Source: Squalus acanthias (lineage: Eukaryota). From it: a stretch of 64,000 nt of DNA. Where the stretch lies: contig JASTWF010000034.1 of assembly GCA_030390025.1 (NCBI GenBank), positions 4,836,001 to 4,900,000 on the forward strand. The letters run 5' to 3'. Below the pieces are notes generated by a model. The model worked only from the letters and a program-made list of their open reading frames with translations, was not told where the DNA came from and made no database searches. Positions 48,340 to 60,699 of the stretch are shown piece by piece. Numbering within the stretch: position 1 is the stretch's first letter; each line of letters opens with the position of its first letter. Made by a program: the position numbers and the translations under genes.

Positions 48340-51300
48340 AGCGGGTACAGAGCGAGAGCACGAAAACCCGGGAGAGTTCACAAGCAGCGGGAGCAGAGCA
48401 AGAGCGCTAATACCCGGGAGAGTTCAAAAGCAGCGGGAACAGAGCAAGAGCGCTGAAACCCGGGAGAGTTCAAAAGCAGCGGGAGCAGAGCGAGAGCGCT
48501 AAAACCCGGGAGAGTTCAAAAGCAGCGTGAGCAGAGCGAGAGCGCTAAAACCCAGGAGAGTTCAAAAGCAGCGGGAACGGAGCGAGAGAGTCAAAACCCG
48601 GGAGAGCTTTTTTTCCCCAAACGTGAGCGTCTAAATTTAAGTGCCTTGGTGTAGATTAAAAGATATAAGCGTTCCAGAGCGAAAGCGCCAAAACCGGGGA
48701 GAGTTCAAAAGCAGCGAGAACAGAGCGAGAGCGGCAAAACCCGGGAGAGTTCAAAAGCAGCGAGAACAGAGCGAGAGAGGCAAAACCCGGGAGAGTTCAA
48801 AACCCGGGAGACACTGAGGTACAACGGACCGGTGAGTGGAAACAAGTAAAAAGTAAAAGAAGTGTGACGTCACCAGAAAGCAGGTAAGTGATTGGTTGGC
48901 GAGTATTTCTCTATTTCTCGCTTTTTTCCCCCAAACGTGAGCGTCTAAATTTAAGTGCCTTGGTGTAGATTAAAAGATATAAGCGTTCCAAATTTTAATA
49001 CTAATTAATTAATTGAGATGGGGGTCCAGACATTGTGTTGTTGTTGTTGCAAGTGGGAGCTCGTGGACACCATTGAGGTCCAGGGCGACCACATCTGCAG
49101 CAAATGTTGGCTGCTCGATGAACTTCGGCTCAGAGTTGATGACCTGGAGTCCGAGCTTCAGACACTGCGACACATTAGGGAGGGGGAGCGTTACCTGGAC
49201 ACTATGTTCCAGGAGGCAGTCACACCCACTAGAATAATGACTTTCAATTCGGCCCATGGTCAGGGACAGGAGGGTGTGACTACAGGCGAGGTAGGTATTG
49301 GGTTCCAGGAGGAAGTTGTGGAGGAGCCTCAGCCCTCGGCCTTTTCCAACAGGTGCGAGATTCCTGCTCCCTGTGTGGATGAGGCCAGGGATGGCAGGGA
49401 GGATGAGCAAACAGACCACAGCACCGTGGTACAGGGAGCCATTCAATTGGGGGAGCAAAAATAAATATTTTAGTAATGGGGACAGTATAGTGAGGGGCAT
49501 AGAAACTGTTCTCTGCCTCCGTGAGCCTGAGTCCCGAAGGCTGTGTTGCCTGTCCGGTGCCAGGGTTAAGGACATCTCCTCTGGGCTGCAGAGAAACTTG
49601 GAGCGGGAGGGGGAAGATCCAGTTATCATGGTCCACGTAGGTACCAATGACATAGGTAGGACAAAGAAAGAGGTTATGCTGAGAGAGTATGAGCAGCTAG
49701 GGGCTAAATTATAAAGCAGAACCACAAAGGTAATAATCTCTGGTTTACTACCTGAACCTCGAGCGAATTTGCATAGGGTAAATAAGATCAGAGAAATGAA
49801 TGAGTGGCTCAAAGACTGGTGTGGGAGAACTGGGTTTCGATTTGTGGGGCACTGGCATCAGCACTGGGATAAGAGGGAGCTCTTCCGTTTGGACGGGCTT
49901 CACTTGAACCATGCTGGGGCTAGAGTCCTGGCAAATCGAATAACTAGGGCTGTAGAGAGGGCTTTAAACTAAATAGTCGGTGGGAGGATCCAGGTGGGCG
50001 GGAAAATGAAAATTCAATGAGAAATGAGAATGCAATAGAGCAGGCTAGAGATGGGGGAAATAATAGCCAGAGTATGACAGGAAGGGACAGAATGTTTAAA
50101 AATAAAAGTGAACATAAAAAATGTCAAAACAAGGAAAAATGGTGAAAAGACAAAGTTAAAAGCTCTATATCTGAATGCACGCATCATTCGTAAAAAGTTA
50201 AATGAGTTGACGGCACAAATAGATACAAATGGGTATGATCTGATGGCCATTGCAGAGACTTGGTTGCAAGGCGACCAGGGCTGGGAACTGAATATTCCAG
50301 GGTATATGATAATTCGGAAGGATAGAAAGAAAGGAAAGGGAGGTGGGGTGGCTTTGTTGGTAAACGATGGGATTAGTGCAGTGGTGAGAAGTGATATTGG
50401 CTCATAAGATCAAGATGGAGAATCGGTTTGGGTGAAGATAAAAAAATTAAGGGGAAAATGTCTCTGGTGCGCGTAGTCTACAGGTCCCCGAACAGTAGCA
50501 ATGCTGTTGGCAGAGTATAAATCTACAAATAATGGAAGCCTGTAAAAATGGTCCGGTAATAATCATGGGTGATTTTAATCTCCATATTGATTGGACAAAT
50601 CAAATTGGCCATGGAAGCCTGGAGGAGGAGTTCATAGAGTGTATCCGGGATGTTTTCCGAGAACAGTATGTAATGGAACCAAACAGGGAGCAGGCTATCT
50701 TGGATCAGGTACTAGGTAATGAAACAGAATTAATAAATGATCTCATAGTAAAGGATCCTCTAGGAAAGAGTGATCATAGCATGGTTGAATTTCAAATTCC
50801 GTTGGAGGGTGAGAAAGTTGTATAGCAATCCAGTGTCCTGATCTTAAACAAAGGCAATTATAATGGCATGAGGGCAGAACTGGCTAAAGTGGACTGGAAA
50901 AACAAATTAAAGGGTAAGAAGGTTGAAATGCAGTGGCGGACATTTAAGGAGATATTTCATAACACTCAACAAAAATATATTCCACTGATAAAGAAAGATT
51001 TTAAGAGAAGGGAGCACCATTCGTGGCAAACTAAGGAAGTAAAGGATGGCATCAAATTGAAAACGAAGGCATAAAATGTTGCCAAGATTGGTGGGAGACC
51101 AGAGGATTGGGAAAATTTTAAAAACCAACAAAGGATGACTAAGAAAGTAATAAATAGAGAGAAGATGAATTATGAGAGTAAGCTGGCAAGAAACATTAAA
51201 ACAGATAGTAAGAGCTTCTACAGGTATATAAAAAGGAAGAGGGTAACTAAAGTAAACGTTGTTCCCTTAGAGGATGAGACTTGCGAATTAATAATGGGGA

Positions 51301-52995
51301 ACGGGGAAATGGCAGAGACACTGAACAAATATTTTGCATCGCTCTTCACTTTAGAAGACACTCACAACATCCCAATAATGGATAATCTAGGGCCAAAGGG
51401 AGTGGAGAACTAAGGACAATCACTATCACTAAGGAAACAGTACTCGGTAAAATAATGGGACTAAAAGACGACAAGTCCCCTGGAATAGATGGCATGCATC
51501 CCAGGGTCATAAAAGAAGTGGCTGCAGAGATACTGGATGCATTGGTTGCAATATCCCAAAATTCCCTGGACTCTGGAGAGGTCCCAGCGGATTGGAAAAC
51601 CGCTAATGTAACACCGCTATTTAAGAAAGTAGGGAGAAAGAAAGCAGGAATCTATAGACCAGTTACCCTAACATCTGTCGTTGGGAAAATGCTGGAGTTC
51701 TTCATTAAGGAAGCAGTAGCAGGGCATTTAGAAAAATATACTGCAGTCAAATTTGCTAGAGTTCTTTGAGGATGTAACAAGCAGGGTGGACAAGGGTGAA
51801 CCAGTATTTGGATTTCAAGAAGGCATTCGTTAAGGTGCCACATAAAAGGTTACTGCAAAAGATAAGAGCTCACGGAGTTGGGGTAATATATTAGTATGGA
51901 TAGAGAATTGGCTAACTAACAAAAAGCAGAGATTCGGTATAAATGGGTAATTTTCTGGTTGGCAAACGGTAACTAGTGGGGTGCCACAAGGATCGGTGCT
52001 GGGGCCCCAACTATTTACAATCTACATTAATGTCTTGGATGAAGGGATCGAGTGTAATGTAGCCAAGTTTGCAGATGATACAAAGATGAGTGGAAAAACA
52101 AGTTGTGCAGAGGACTCAATGAATCTGCAAAGGGATATAGACAGGCTAGGTGAGTGGGCAAACATTTGGCAGATGGAGTATAATGTGGGAAAGTGCGAGG
52201 TTATCCACTTCGGCAGGAAAATTAAAAAAACAAACTATTATTTAAATGAAGAGAGTTTACAAAATGCTACAGTTCAGAGGGACCTGGAGGTGCTTGTGCA
52301 TGAAACACAAAAAGTTAGCATGCAGCTGGAGCAAGTAATCAAAAAGGCAAATGGAATGTTGGCGTTTATTTCAAGGGGTTTGGAGTATAAAAGCAGGGAA
52401 GTCCTGCTGCAACTGTACAGGGTATTGGTGAGACCACACCTTGAGTACTGCGTACAGTTTTAGTCTCCTTATGCAAGGAAGGATATATTTGCATTGGAGG
52501 CAGTTCAGAGACGATTAACTAGGTCAATTCCAGAGATGAGGGGGTTGACTTATGAGGAAAGGTTGAGCAGGCTGGCCCTATACTGATTGGAATTTAAAAG
52601 AATGCGATGTGATCTTATCGAAACATATATTATACTGAGGGGCTCGACAGGTTAGATGCAGAGAGGATGTTTCCCCTCTTGGGGAAACCTGGAACTCGGG
52701 GGCACAGTCTCAGAATAAAAGGTCGCCCATTTAGAACTGAGATGAGGAGGAATTTCTTCTCTCAGAGGCTCGTAAATCTGTGCAATTCTCTGCCCAAGAG
52801 AACTGTGGAGGCTGGGTCACTAAATACATTTAAAGTGAAGACAGACAAATTATTGCAAGATAAGGGAGTGAAGGGTTATGGGGAGCGGGCTGGGAAGTGG
52901 CTTTGTGCCCAGGATCAGCCATGATCTTATTGAATAGCGGAGCAGGCTCGAGGGGCCAAGTGGCCTATTCCTGCTCCTATTTCTTATGTTTTTCT
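48340..52995 (+). mobile_element. Full-length decayed CR1 LINE: tandem-repeat 5' UTR, ORF1 (zinc finger/leucine zipper + SGNH esterase, 49018-49972), ORF2 (EN+RT, ~50110-52900), 3' tail
   Basis: ORF1 C..C...HICSKC, LRLRVDDLESEL, GDSIVRG, GARVKD, HVGTND, DGLHLN; ORF2 YLNAR, ETWL, GDFN, SDH, PQGSVLGP, FADD; many stops. Confidence 0.95.
48345..48812 (+). repeat. ~46-bp CpG-rich tandem repeat at the CR1 5' end
   Basis: Unit CAGAGCGAGAGCGCTAAAACCCGGGAGAGTTCAAAAGCAGCGGGAG, ~9 copies; interrupted by a ~70-bp segment (48607-48676) repeated at 48921-48989. Confidence 0.9.
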
Positions 52996-53074
52996 TAGGG
53001 TGATCAGAGCTCAGATCAATCAAGGCTTCAAACTTTTCGAACAAATTAGATTTATTAACGTTAAAATACAACAA

Positions 53075-53155
53075 GTTTTGCAACAGTGTTCGAACGTTCC
53101 CAGGCAAAGCTCTGAAATTTCGACTCCAACGCTTTTACCATTCGGATATCGCAGC
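53075..53155 (-). pseudogene. tRNA-Ser(CGA)-derived pseudogene
   Basis: GCTGCGATATCCGAATGGTAAAAGCGTTGGAGTCGAAATTTCAGAGCTTTGCCTGGGAACGTTCGAACACTGTTGCAAAAC aligns to vertebrate tRNA-Ser (GCTGTGATGGCCGAGTGGTTAAGGCGTTGGACTCGAAATCC...GTTCGAA); the stems are broken. Confidence 0.75.
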
Positions 53156-54279
53156 TGCGTATGTGCAGCGGTCAGATGAAATGCACAAATCGCGGATCCT
53201 GCACTGAGTGTTTAATCTCGGCAATGACCATTTCGCTGGTTTTGTGATATTCAATTTGCTGCAAATTCAGTAAATTGAAAGGAGTCGTAGAGATCATTAC
53301 AATAAACTAAACCCTCCGATATTGAAGAGGAGTATAACATGTTGAGAACAGTATCCAATATTCTGCAGGCTAATGAAAATAAACAGCAGGATTATTGTGT
53401 TCTGCTCCCACATGACACAGATCAGCCTCAGGCTCTGCTTCCTGCCCGCCGGCTGCTGAAACCTTGTCTCCAGATTATAAACTGATTCTAAGTTAGAGCT
53501 AATGATTCAGGATAGAGCCTAAACACAGCGGGTGGCATCAAATATATAAAGCAGTTATTTTAGACCAGATACAGCGTTAAATCACATATATTTCTCAAAT
53601 GCATCAATGTATGAATGTGACACTAAATGTGTTTAAGTACAGTGGGGGGATTTAACACAGATTCGGGGCCAGTTGTTTCCAAGGTGATCTTAGCTGTGGC
53701 TCTTTTGCCTCTTTCTCCCCTTCCTCCCACACGCTGCCGGTTTTCAACATTGTATTAAATCTCCTGCTCTGGGCCATTCAGCACATTTTGATTTATCCCT
53801 CTTGAACAACCATAGTCTTCACCCCATTGCTCAATCCAGTTGTTTCCTAAATCATTCCGGGGCTTTCACCACCATCGCTGGGCCTGGAGTCCATTGGAAG
53901 TGTTGATCATTCTCCTGATATCAGTCCAAAATAGTTCACTTTTAAATTTGAACTTCTTCCAACTTGTTCCTTCGCCCACAATATAATTTGAATTAGTATT
54001 CCACACAAGTTACTAACTTGTTGATCTGTGTAATCCCATGTCACAGATGCCTCCATTCTAAGCTGAAATGTCCAAGGTGTCGATTTTAACTCCAGCAAGT
54101 AAAACCCTCCCGGCGTGTCTGTTTGTTCTGCAGGATCGGAGTGTGTCTGGTGCTGCTGCTCCCTCCTCTGGCCGCTGTGCAGTATTGCACCACCTGCTCC
54201 CTCTACTGGCTGCTGCGCAGTACTGCTGTGTATGGGTGAACCTGGTCCAATTTCAAACTCCTCTGCTTCTAGCTCTGTC

Positions 54280-55420
54280 ATAAGAACGTTGGAACATAAG
54301 AAATAGGAGCATGAGTAGGCCATTTGCCCCTTAGAGCTTGCTCCGCCATTCAATAAGTTCATGGCTGATCTTCTACCTCATCTCCACTTCCCTGCACTAT
54401 CCCTATATCCCTTGATACCTTATTATTCAAAAATCTATCGATCTCTGTCTTGAATAAACTCAACGACTGAGCCTCCACAGCCCTCTGTGGTAGCAAATTC
54501 CAAAGATTCACCATCGTCTGAGTGAAGAAATTTCTCCTCTTCTCAGTCCTAATTGTCCGACCACTTATTCTGAGTCTCTGACCCCTGGTTCTAGACTCCC
54601 CAGCCAGAGGAAACATCCTCCCTGCATCTACCCTGTCAAGCCCTGTAAGAATTTTCTTTTTTTCAATGAGATCACCTCTCATTCTTCTAAACTCTATAAA
54701 ATATAGGCCTAGTCTACTCAATCTCTCCACAAAGGACAATCCCCCCATCCCAGTAACAAGTCTGCTGAACCTTCGTTGCACTCCCTGTATGGCAAGTATA
54801 TCCTTCTTTAGGTAAGGAGACCAAAACTGTACACAATATTCCAGGTGTGGTCTCACCAAGGCCCTATATGATTGCAGTAAGACGTCTTTACTCTTATACT
54901 CAAATACTCTTGTATTAACGGCCAACATACCATTTGTTTTCCTAAATGCTTGTTGTACCTGCAGGTTAACTTTCAGTGATCCGTGTACAAGAACACCCAA
55001 ATCCCTCTGAACAACAACATTTTCCAATCTCTTACCAGTTAAAAAATACACTGTTTTTCTATTTTCCGACGACAGTGGATAACTTCATAATTCTCCACGT
55101 TATAATCAATTTGCCCTGTTCTTGCCCACTCACATCACCTGTCTATATCCCCTTGAAGCCTCCTTGCAACCTCTCCCATCTTACATTCCCACCCAACATT
55201 TATCATCAGCAAACTTGGATACATTACATTTGGTTCCCTCATCCAAATCATTGATATAAATTCTGAATAGCTGAGGCCCAAGCACTGATCCTTGCGGTAC
55301 CCCATTAGTTACAGCCTGCAAACCCGAATATGACTCTTTTATTATGACTCTCTGTTTTCTGTCCGATAGCCAATCCTCAATCCATGCTAATATATTACCC
55401 CCAGTCCCATGAGCCCTAAA
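54280..55420 (-). mobile_element. 5'-truncated CR1
   Basis: GVPQGSVLGPQLF, KFADD, RPHLEYCVQFWSP, 230-aa ORF and CR1 tail. Confidence 0.94.
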
Positions 55421-55689
55421 CCTCTCCAAGCTTCCGAACTCCTCGACCCTTCCTATATTCCTTGTAGCCCTTTCAATAAATCTCTCGACCATTATCCACA
55501 TCTGACCGACACTCAACTGCATAAAACCTGTGCCCTTCGTAGTGCAGTCTGTGTTTGCAATTGCTGATAATTCCAATATTGGGATCTAAACATTTCAGGT
55601 GTCTGTCATCTCCTCTTTAAGGTTTTTGTTCTTTTACAATGCATCATTACACTATTTGTAGAGCTTTATGATTCATTTTGACAAAAACA

Positions 55690-57520
55690 TGCATGGGACA
55701 GTGCAGAGGGAGCTTTACTCTCTATCTAATCCTTGCTGTACCTGCCCTGAGAGTGTTTGATGTAACAGTGTAGAGGAATCTTTACACTGTATCTAACCCG
55801 TGCTGTACCTGCCCTGAGAGTGTTTGATGGGACAGTGTAGAGGGAGCTTTACTCTCTATCTAACCCTTGCTGTACTTGCCCTGGGAGTGTTTGTGTGTCT
55901 CACTCCCTCACTCCCTCTCTCTCTCCATGTCGCTCCCTCTCTCTCACTCCCTCTCTCTCCCTCTGTCTTTCTCTCTCTCAATGTCTATTTCTCTCTCTCT
56001 CTCTTTCGCTCCTTCCCCTCTCTGCTGCTTTCCATCTCCCCCTCTCTCGCTCTCTCTTCGTCTATTCTGCCAACACGGGACCTCTATCCCTAATTTTCTC
56101 CTTCTCCCTGTGTACCTCTCTTTTTTACTCTTTCCCTCTCTCTCTGTTCCCGTTCTGATTCTTTTCTTGATTGAAAAGTACCCTTAAATATTTCAGCATG
56201 ACTGTTTAAAATTACAACAATAAATCACATTTCTGTGACATTTTTATATCTTAAGCATAGGGCTCGGAATCTGTTGGCGATATCTAGTTTCACGATCTGA
56301 AATATTTGAGTGTTTAAAATTGACTGGGATATTGATACAGAGAATGTTTCAGACATTCCTGCATTGTGGAACGGTGTGAGCTCTTTGCATTAGCAGGAAA
56401 TAGGATTGTTGAAAGGAGATGCAGATTTTGTTTGTTTGAATAGGGTGAGAATCAGATCGTGTCTGACTAACTTCAAACTCTTCAAACACATGAAGGAACT
56501 AGAGATGGGGGCAATACACAAACCTGAGACCCCAGACAAGGGCCGAAGGAAGGTTTGTTCACAGATTAACCATTCTCCAGACTGATAGTTTCGGGGTGAT
56601 GTGATTCTGGAGGCCTGGGCAAACATACAGAAAGCAGGAGTTCAAATCCCTCCCTGGGCTGTTGTCAATTTGAATTCTGTTCCTTTGAAATAAAATAAAT
56701 CTGGAATAAAAATACTTCCAAAACAGGATGACTCACTCCCGCCTGGTACTGTGCAGCCGAGTGTGCCGGACAGAACAAGGCGGGAGTGAATTGTTGCCTT
56801 TTACCCGCTGTGTGTACTGTATAAAGATACAGATTAAAGTCTGTATATTTTGGTGCTTGTGTGTGTGTGTGTATGTTGGAGATGGATTTTGGATATATTT
56901 TAAGATGGTGATCTGAAGATAAAAATAAGGAGCGTTTAAAATCGGGGATGTTAATAGAAACAAGATTTATGTAATGAAGAATAAGAATTGCAGGAACCTA
57001 CTTTAGAAGAAAGCACTCCTTGTTAATTGAGAAAGACACAGAAAATACGTTGATTAAACTGATAACGTACAATTCAATTTATGTTGAATGTTTGGAATAG
57101 GAGATTAAAAATTGAGAGTAAAATGAAGTTTGTTTCCCGCTTTTCGTGGGGAAGTACCTAAAATAATTCAACACTTTTCATGATAAGAGCAGGGATTAAT
57201 ATTTTGGAGAATGTTTGAGAGAAAAACATTAGAAGCGAAATAGGTAAATTATAAATCTTTAATTCAACATATGAATAAACATCTCCAAGTCAGTCTGACT
57301 GGTTCTGCTGGCCAGGAAGAAAGACAGATGATTATTTCTGTTCAGTCATAGCTTTTCCTGCTTTGTGTTTATAATTAACTGACGCAAATTCTTTGTATAT
57401 TCGTCAATTGAAAATTAACAACAATAAATCACATTTCTGTGACAATTTTTATTTCTTAAACGATTGAATTTGTGGCTCGGAATCTGGCTGGTAAATCTAG
57501 TTTAACTACCTGAAAGATTT
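55690..57520 (+). repeat. Segmental duplication copy A (67-bp satellite, CT tract, AT-rich block, SINE remnant, hairpin)
   Basis: Collinear and highly similar to 60700-62520; paired ORF-track entries 56390/61386 and 56728/61724. Confidence 0.93.
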
Positions 57521-58469
57521 GAGTGTTTAAAGTTGATCTAGGATATGGGATGAAAAGCTTTTTCTGACATTCCTGCATTGTGGAACAGTATGATATATTT
57601 GCAGAGGCAGGAAATGACATTGTTGATTGGAGGTGCAGTTTTTGCCCAGGGCAGCACCATGGCCAGGGACATGCTTTTCCTGATCTGCTGCATCCTGTGT
57701 AGATCAGAAACAGATTCAGGTGTTCATATTAATCACCCGAAGACAACTAAATGGGTAAACAATGTCTGACCAACGCCAGAGACTTCAAGCGCAGGAGATG
57801 GTGGAATATATAAAACCCAAGGTTCCCAGAGCAGATGAGGCAGCATTTGTTAGCACACGTTCTAGTTCTGAATCTCTTGTGTCTTTGGAGCAGGTTCAGT
57901 TTAACTTTAAAATGACTCTCTCAAATAATAGGCCTGAGAGAGATCCTGACAGAAATTAAGAACAGACATTCTGAGAGTTTCAAAGAGAGAGGGGTAGCGA
58001 TTTCAAGAAATACAAAATTATCAAGTAATAAAGGAAAGGTACAGCGAGATACAGAAATATAAAGCGAGATCGATATAGAGAGAGGCACATAGAGAGAGAT
58101 GTACCGAGATATAAAGGAAACTGTAGAAATACAGAGCTATGATGAAAAGCATCAGAGATACAGGACACCAGTCTTTATACAACCTGCGTGTGTGCCCCAC
58201 TGGTCTCAGAATGTAACCCAGGGACCCTCACCGCCTGTCTCTCCAAATCTAAGTAAAACATCTTTCATTCTCTGATTTCATCACTCCCAAATTCCCAGAG
58301 AACAACTGAGAGAAACTGAGGACCAGAAAGCAGATTGTGAGAGATACAAAGACAGGGATCAAGTAAAGAACTACAAAGATATTTTGAGAGATTAAAGTGC
58401 AGAAATAAATTAAAGGAGAGATGGATAGAGAGAGGTAAAGAGAAAGATGGAGAAATACAGATAAAAATA

Positions 58470-58700
58470 CAGAGCGATTAAAGTCGGGGATGCGCAAGCG
58501 CCCAGTATTGGAGGAACGCAGATATCTCAAAGGGCTGTGGGGACGGAGGAGGCTACAGCGATAGGGAGGGGCAAGGCGAATATTAAAATTGAAGCGTTGC
58601 CAGGCCGGGAGTCAATGTAGGTCAGCGAGCACAGGGGTGATGGGTGAACGGGACTTGGTGCGAGTTAGGAGAAACAAAGGCATGGATGAGGGTTTCAGCA
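58470..58700 (-). mobile_element. L2 fragment
   Basis: Matches 1436-1660 and ~1755-1780 (RYLRSSN..L.IPDFNRS). Confidence 0.8.
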
Positions 58701-58729
58701 GGTCACTCTGAAATTTCACATCAATCACT

Positions 58730-59165
58730 CCTGGCAGGTACAGCACAGGTTAGATACAGATTAAAGCTGTCTCTACACTGTCACATCAAACACTCATTGG
58801 GTCGGTACAGCACAGGTTAGATATAGATTAAAACTGTTTCTACACTGTCACATCAAACACTCATTGGGTCGGTACAGCACAGGTTAGATATAGATTAAAA
58901 CTGTTTCTACACTGTCCCATGAAATACTCATTGGGTCGGTACAGCATTGCGAGATACAAGTAAAAGTGTTTCTGCTGCTGTGGAGTAGGACTCTGTAACA
59001 AGTGATCCTGTGTACAGTGTGTCTCTCCCAGTGTGGAGTCGGACTCTGTAACAAGTGTCCCTGTGAGCAGTCTGTGTCTCTCCCAGTGTGGAGTCGGACT
59101 CTGTAACAAGTGTGCCTGCGTTCAGTGTGTGTCTCTCCCAGTGTGAAGTCGGACTCTGTAACAAG
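58730..59165. repeat. 67-bp satellite variant (58730-58960) followed by a ~55-bp minisatellite (58975-59165, resuming 60090-60160)
   Basis: Tandem units read directly, e.g. CTCTCCCAGTGTGGAGTCGGACTCTGTAACAAGTG. Confidence 0.85.
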
Positions 59166-60088
59166 TAGAAACATAGAAAAATAGGAGCAGGAGTAGGCCA
59201 TTCGAGCCTGCTCAACCATTCAATATGAGCATGGCTGCTGCTCTATCTCAATACCATATTCCCGCTCTCTCCCCATACCCTTTGATGCCTTTCGTGTCTA
59301 GAAATCCATCTAGCTCCTTCTTAAATATATTCAGTGATTGGGCCTCCACAGCCTTCTGTGGTAGAGAATTCCACACGTTCACCACCCTCTGAGTGAAGAA
59401 ATTTCTCCTCATTTCCGTCCTAAATGTCCTACCCCGGCTCCTGAGTCTGTGACCCCTCGTTCCAGACCACCCCAGCCAGGGGAAACATCCTCCCTGCATC
59501 CAGTCTGTCTAGCCCTGTCAGACATTTATACGTTTTAATGAGATCCCCTCTCATTCTTCTAAACTCTAATGAATACAGGCCTAATCGAACCAATTTGCAT
59601 CGTACGACACCTCTGCCATCCCAGGAATCAGTCTGGTGAACCTTCGCTGCACTCCCTCTATGGCAAGTATATCCTTTCCTAGGTAAGGAGAACAAAACTG
59701 CACACAGTACTCCAGGTGTGGCCTCACCAAGGCCCTGTATAATTGTAGTAAGACATCCTTGCTCCTGTTCTCAAATCGTCTTGCAATGAAGACCAACATA
59801 CCATTTGCCTTCCTAACTGCTTGCTACACCTGCATATCTGCTTTCAGTGACTGGTGTACAAGGACACCCAGCTCCATTTGTACATCAACATTTCCCAATC
59901 TATCACCATTTCAATAATACCCTGCCTTTCTCTTTTTCCTACCGAAGCGGATAACTTCACATTTATCCACGTTATACTGCAACTGCCATGCATTTGCCCA
60001 CACACCCAACTTGTCTAAATCGCTTTGAAGCCTCTTTGCATCCTCCTCACAACTCACAATCCCACCTAGTTTGGTGTCGTCAGCAAGC
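59166..60088 (-). mobile_element. 5'-truncated CR1 inserted in a minisatellite
   Basis: ADDTKLGG through RPHLEYCVQF to RNFFTQRVVNVWNSLPQ and tail; the host repeat resumes on the far side. Confidence 0.93.
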
Positions 60089-60209
60089 TTGTGTCCCTGT
60101 GAACAGCGTGTGCCTCTGCTGGTGTGGAGTCGAACTCTGTAACCAGTGTCCCTGTGTGAGGGAACTTTAAAACAATTCGTGCTTTAACTGCCCTGGGAAT
60201 GTTTGAGGG

Positions 60210-60632
60210 CCATGATGCGGAGATGCCGGTGTTGGACTGGGGTGGACAAAATTGAGAGGTCGCACAACACCAGGTTATAGTCCAACAGTTTTATTTGAAA
60301 TCACAAGCTTTCGGAGCTATCACTCCTTCCTCAGGTGAAGTAAATTGGATACAGAATCGCCAGAGCATATATAGATGGAAAAAAAAGCATGTGTACTTTA
60401 CAATTGCAGACCAATAAATTAAATCATCCTGACTATCTGCCGGCAGATAGTCAGGATGATTTAATTTATTGGTCTGCAATTGTAAAGTACACATGCTTTT
60501 TTTTCCATCTATATATGCTCTGGCGATTCTGTATCCAATTTACTTCACCTGAGGAAGGAGTGATAGCTCCGAAAGCTTGTGATTTCAAATAAAACTGTTG
60601 GACTATAACCTGGTGTTGTGCGACCTCTCAAT
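60210..60632. mobile_element. Penelope-like element insertion made of two inverted pseudo-LTR ends; perfect 382-bp palindrome at 60251-60632; 12-bp TSD
   Basis: Arms are exact reverse complements around CTGCC|GGCAG (60441/60442); AATGTTTGAGGG occurs at 60198-60209 and 60630-60641; each arm has a hammerhead core followed by AATAAA. Confidence 0.85.
60544..60583 (+). ncRNA. Minimal type-I hammerhead ribozyme motif (mirror copy at 60300-60339, minus strand)
   Basis: TCAC-CTGAGGA-A-GGAGT-GATA-GCTCC-GAAA-GCTT-GTGA: stem I TCAC/GTGA, CUGANGA core, stem II, GAAA, and palindromic AAGCTT in place of stem III. Confidence 0.72.
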
Positions 60633-60699
60633 GTTTGAGGGGACAGTGTCACTGGAGCTTTACGCTGTATCTAAACGGTGCTGTACCTGCCCTGAGAGT

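Noticed and set aside
49298..49972. SGNH/GDSL esterase as a host gene
   Set aside because: It is the known esterase domain of CR1 ORF1, directly upstream of ORF2 and disrupted by stops.
56610..56715. GTTCAAATCCC B-box suggesting a tRNA gene (also 61636)
   Set aside because: No cloverleaf; it looks like a decayed tRNA-derived SINE remnant.
60291..60592. Identical 67-aa ORF on both strands
   Set aside because: A trivial consequence of the perfect palindrome; no coding signal.
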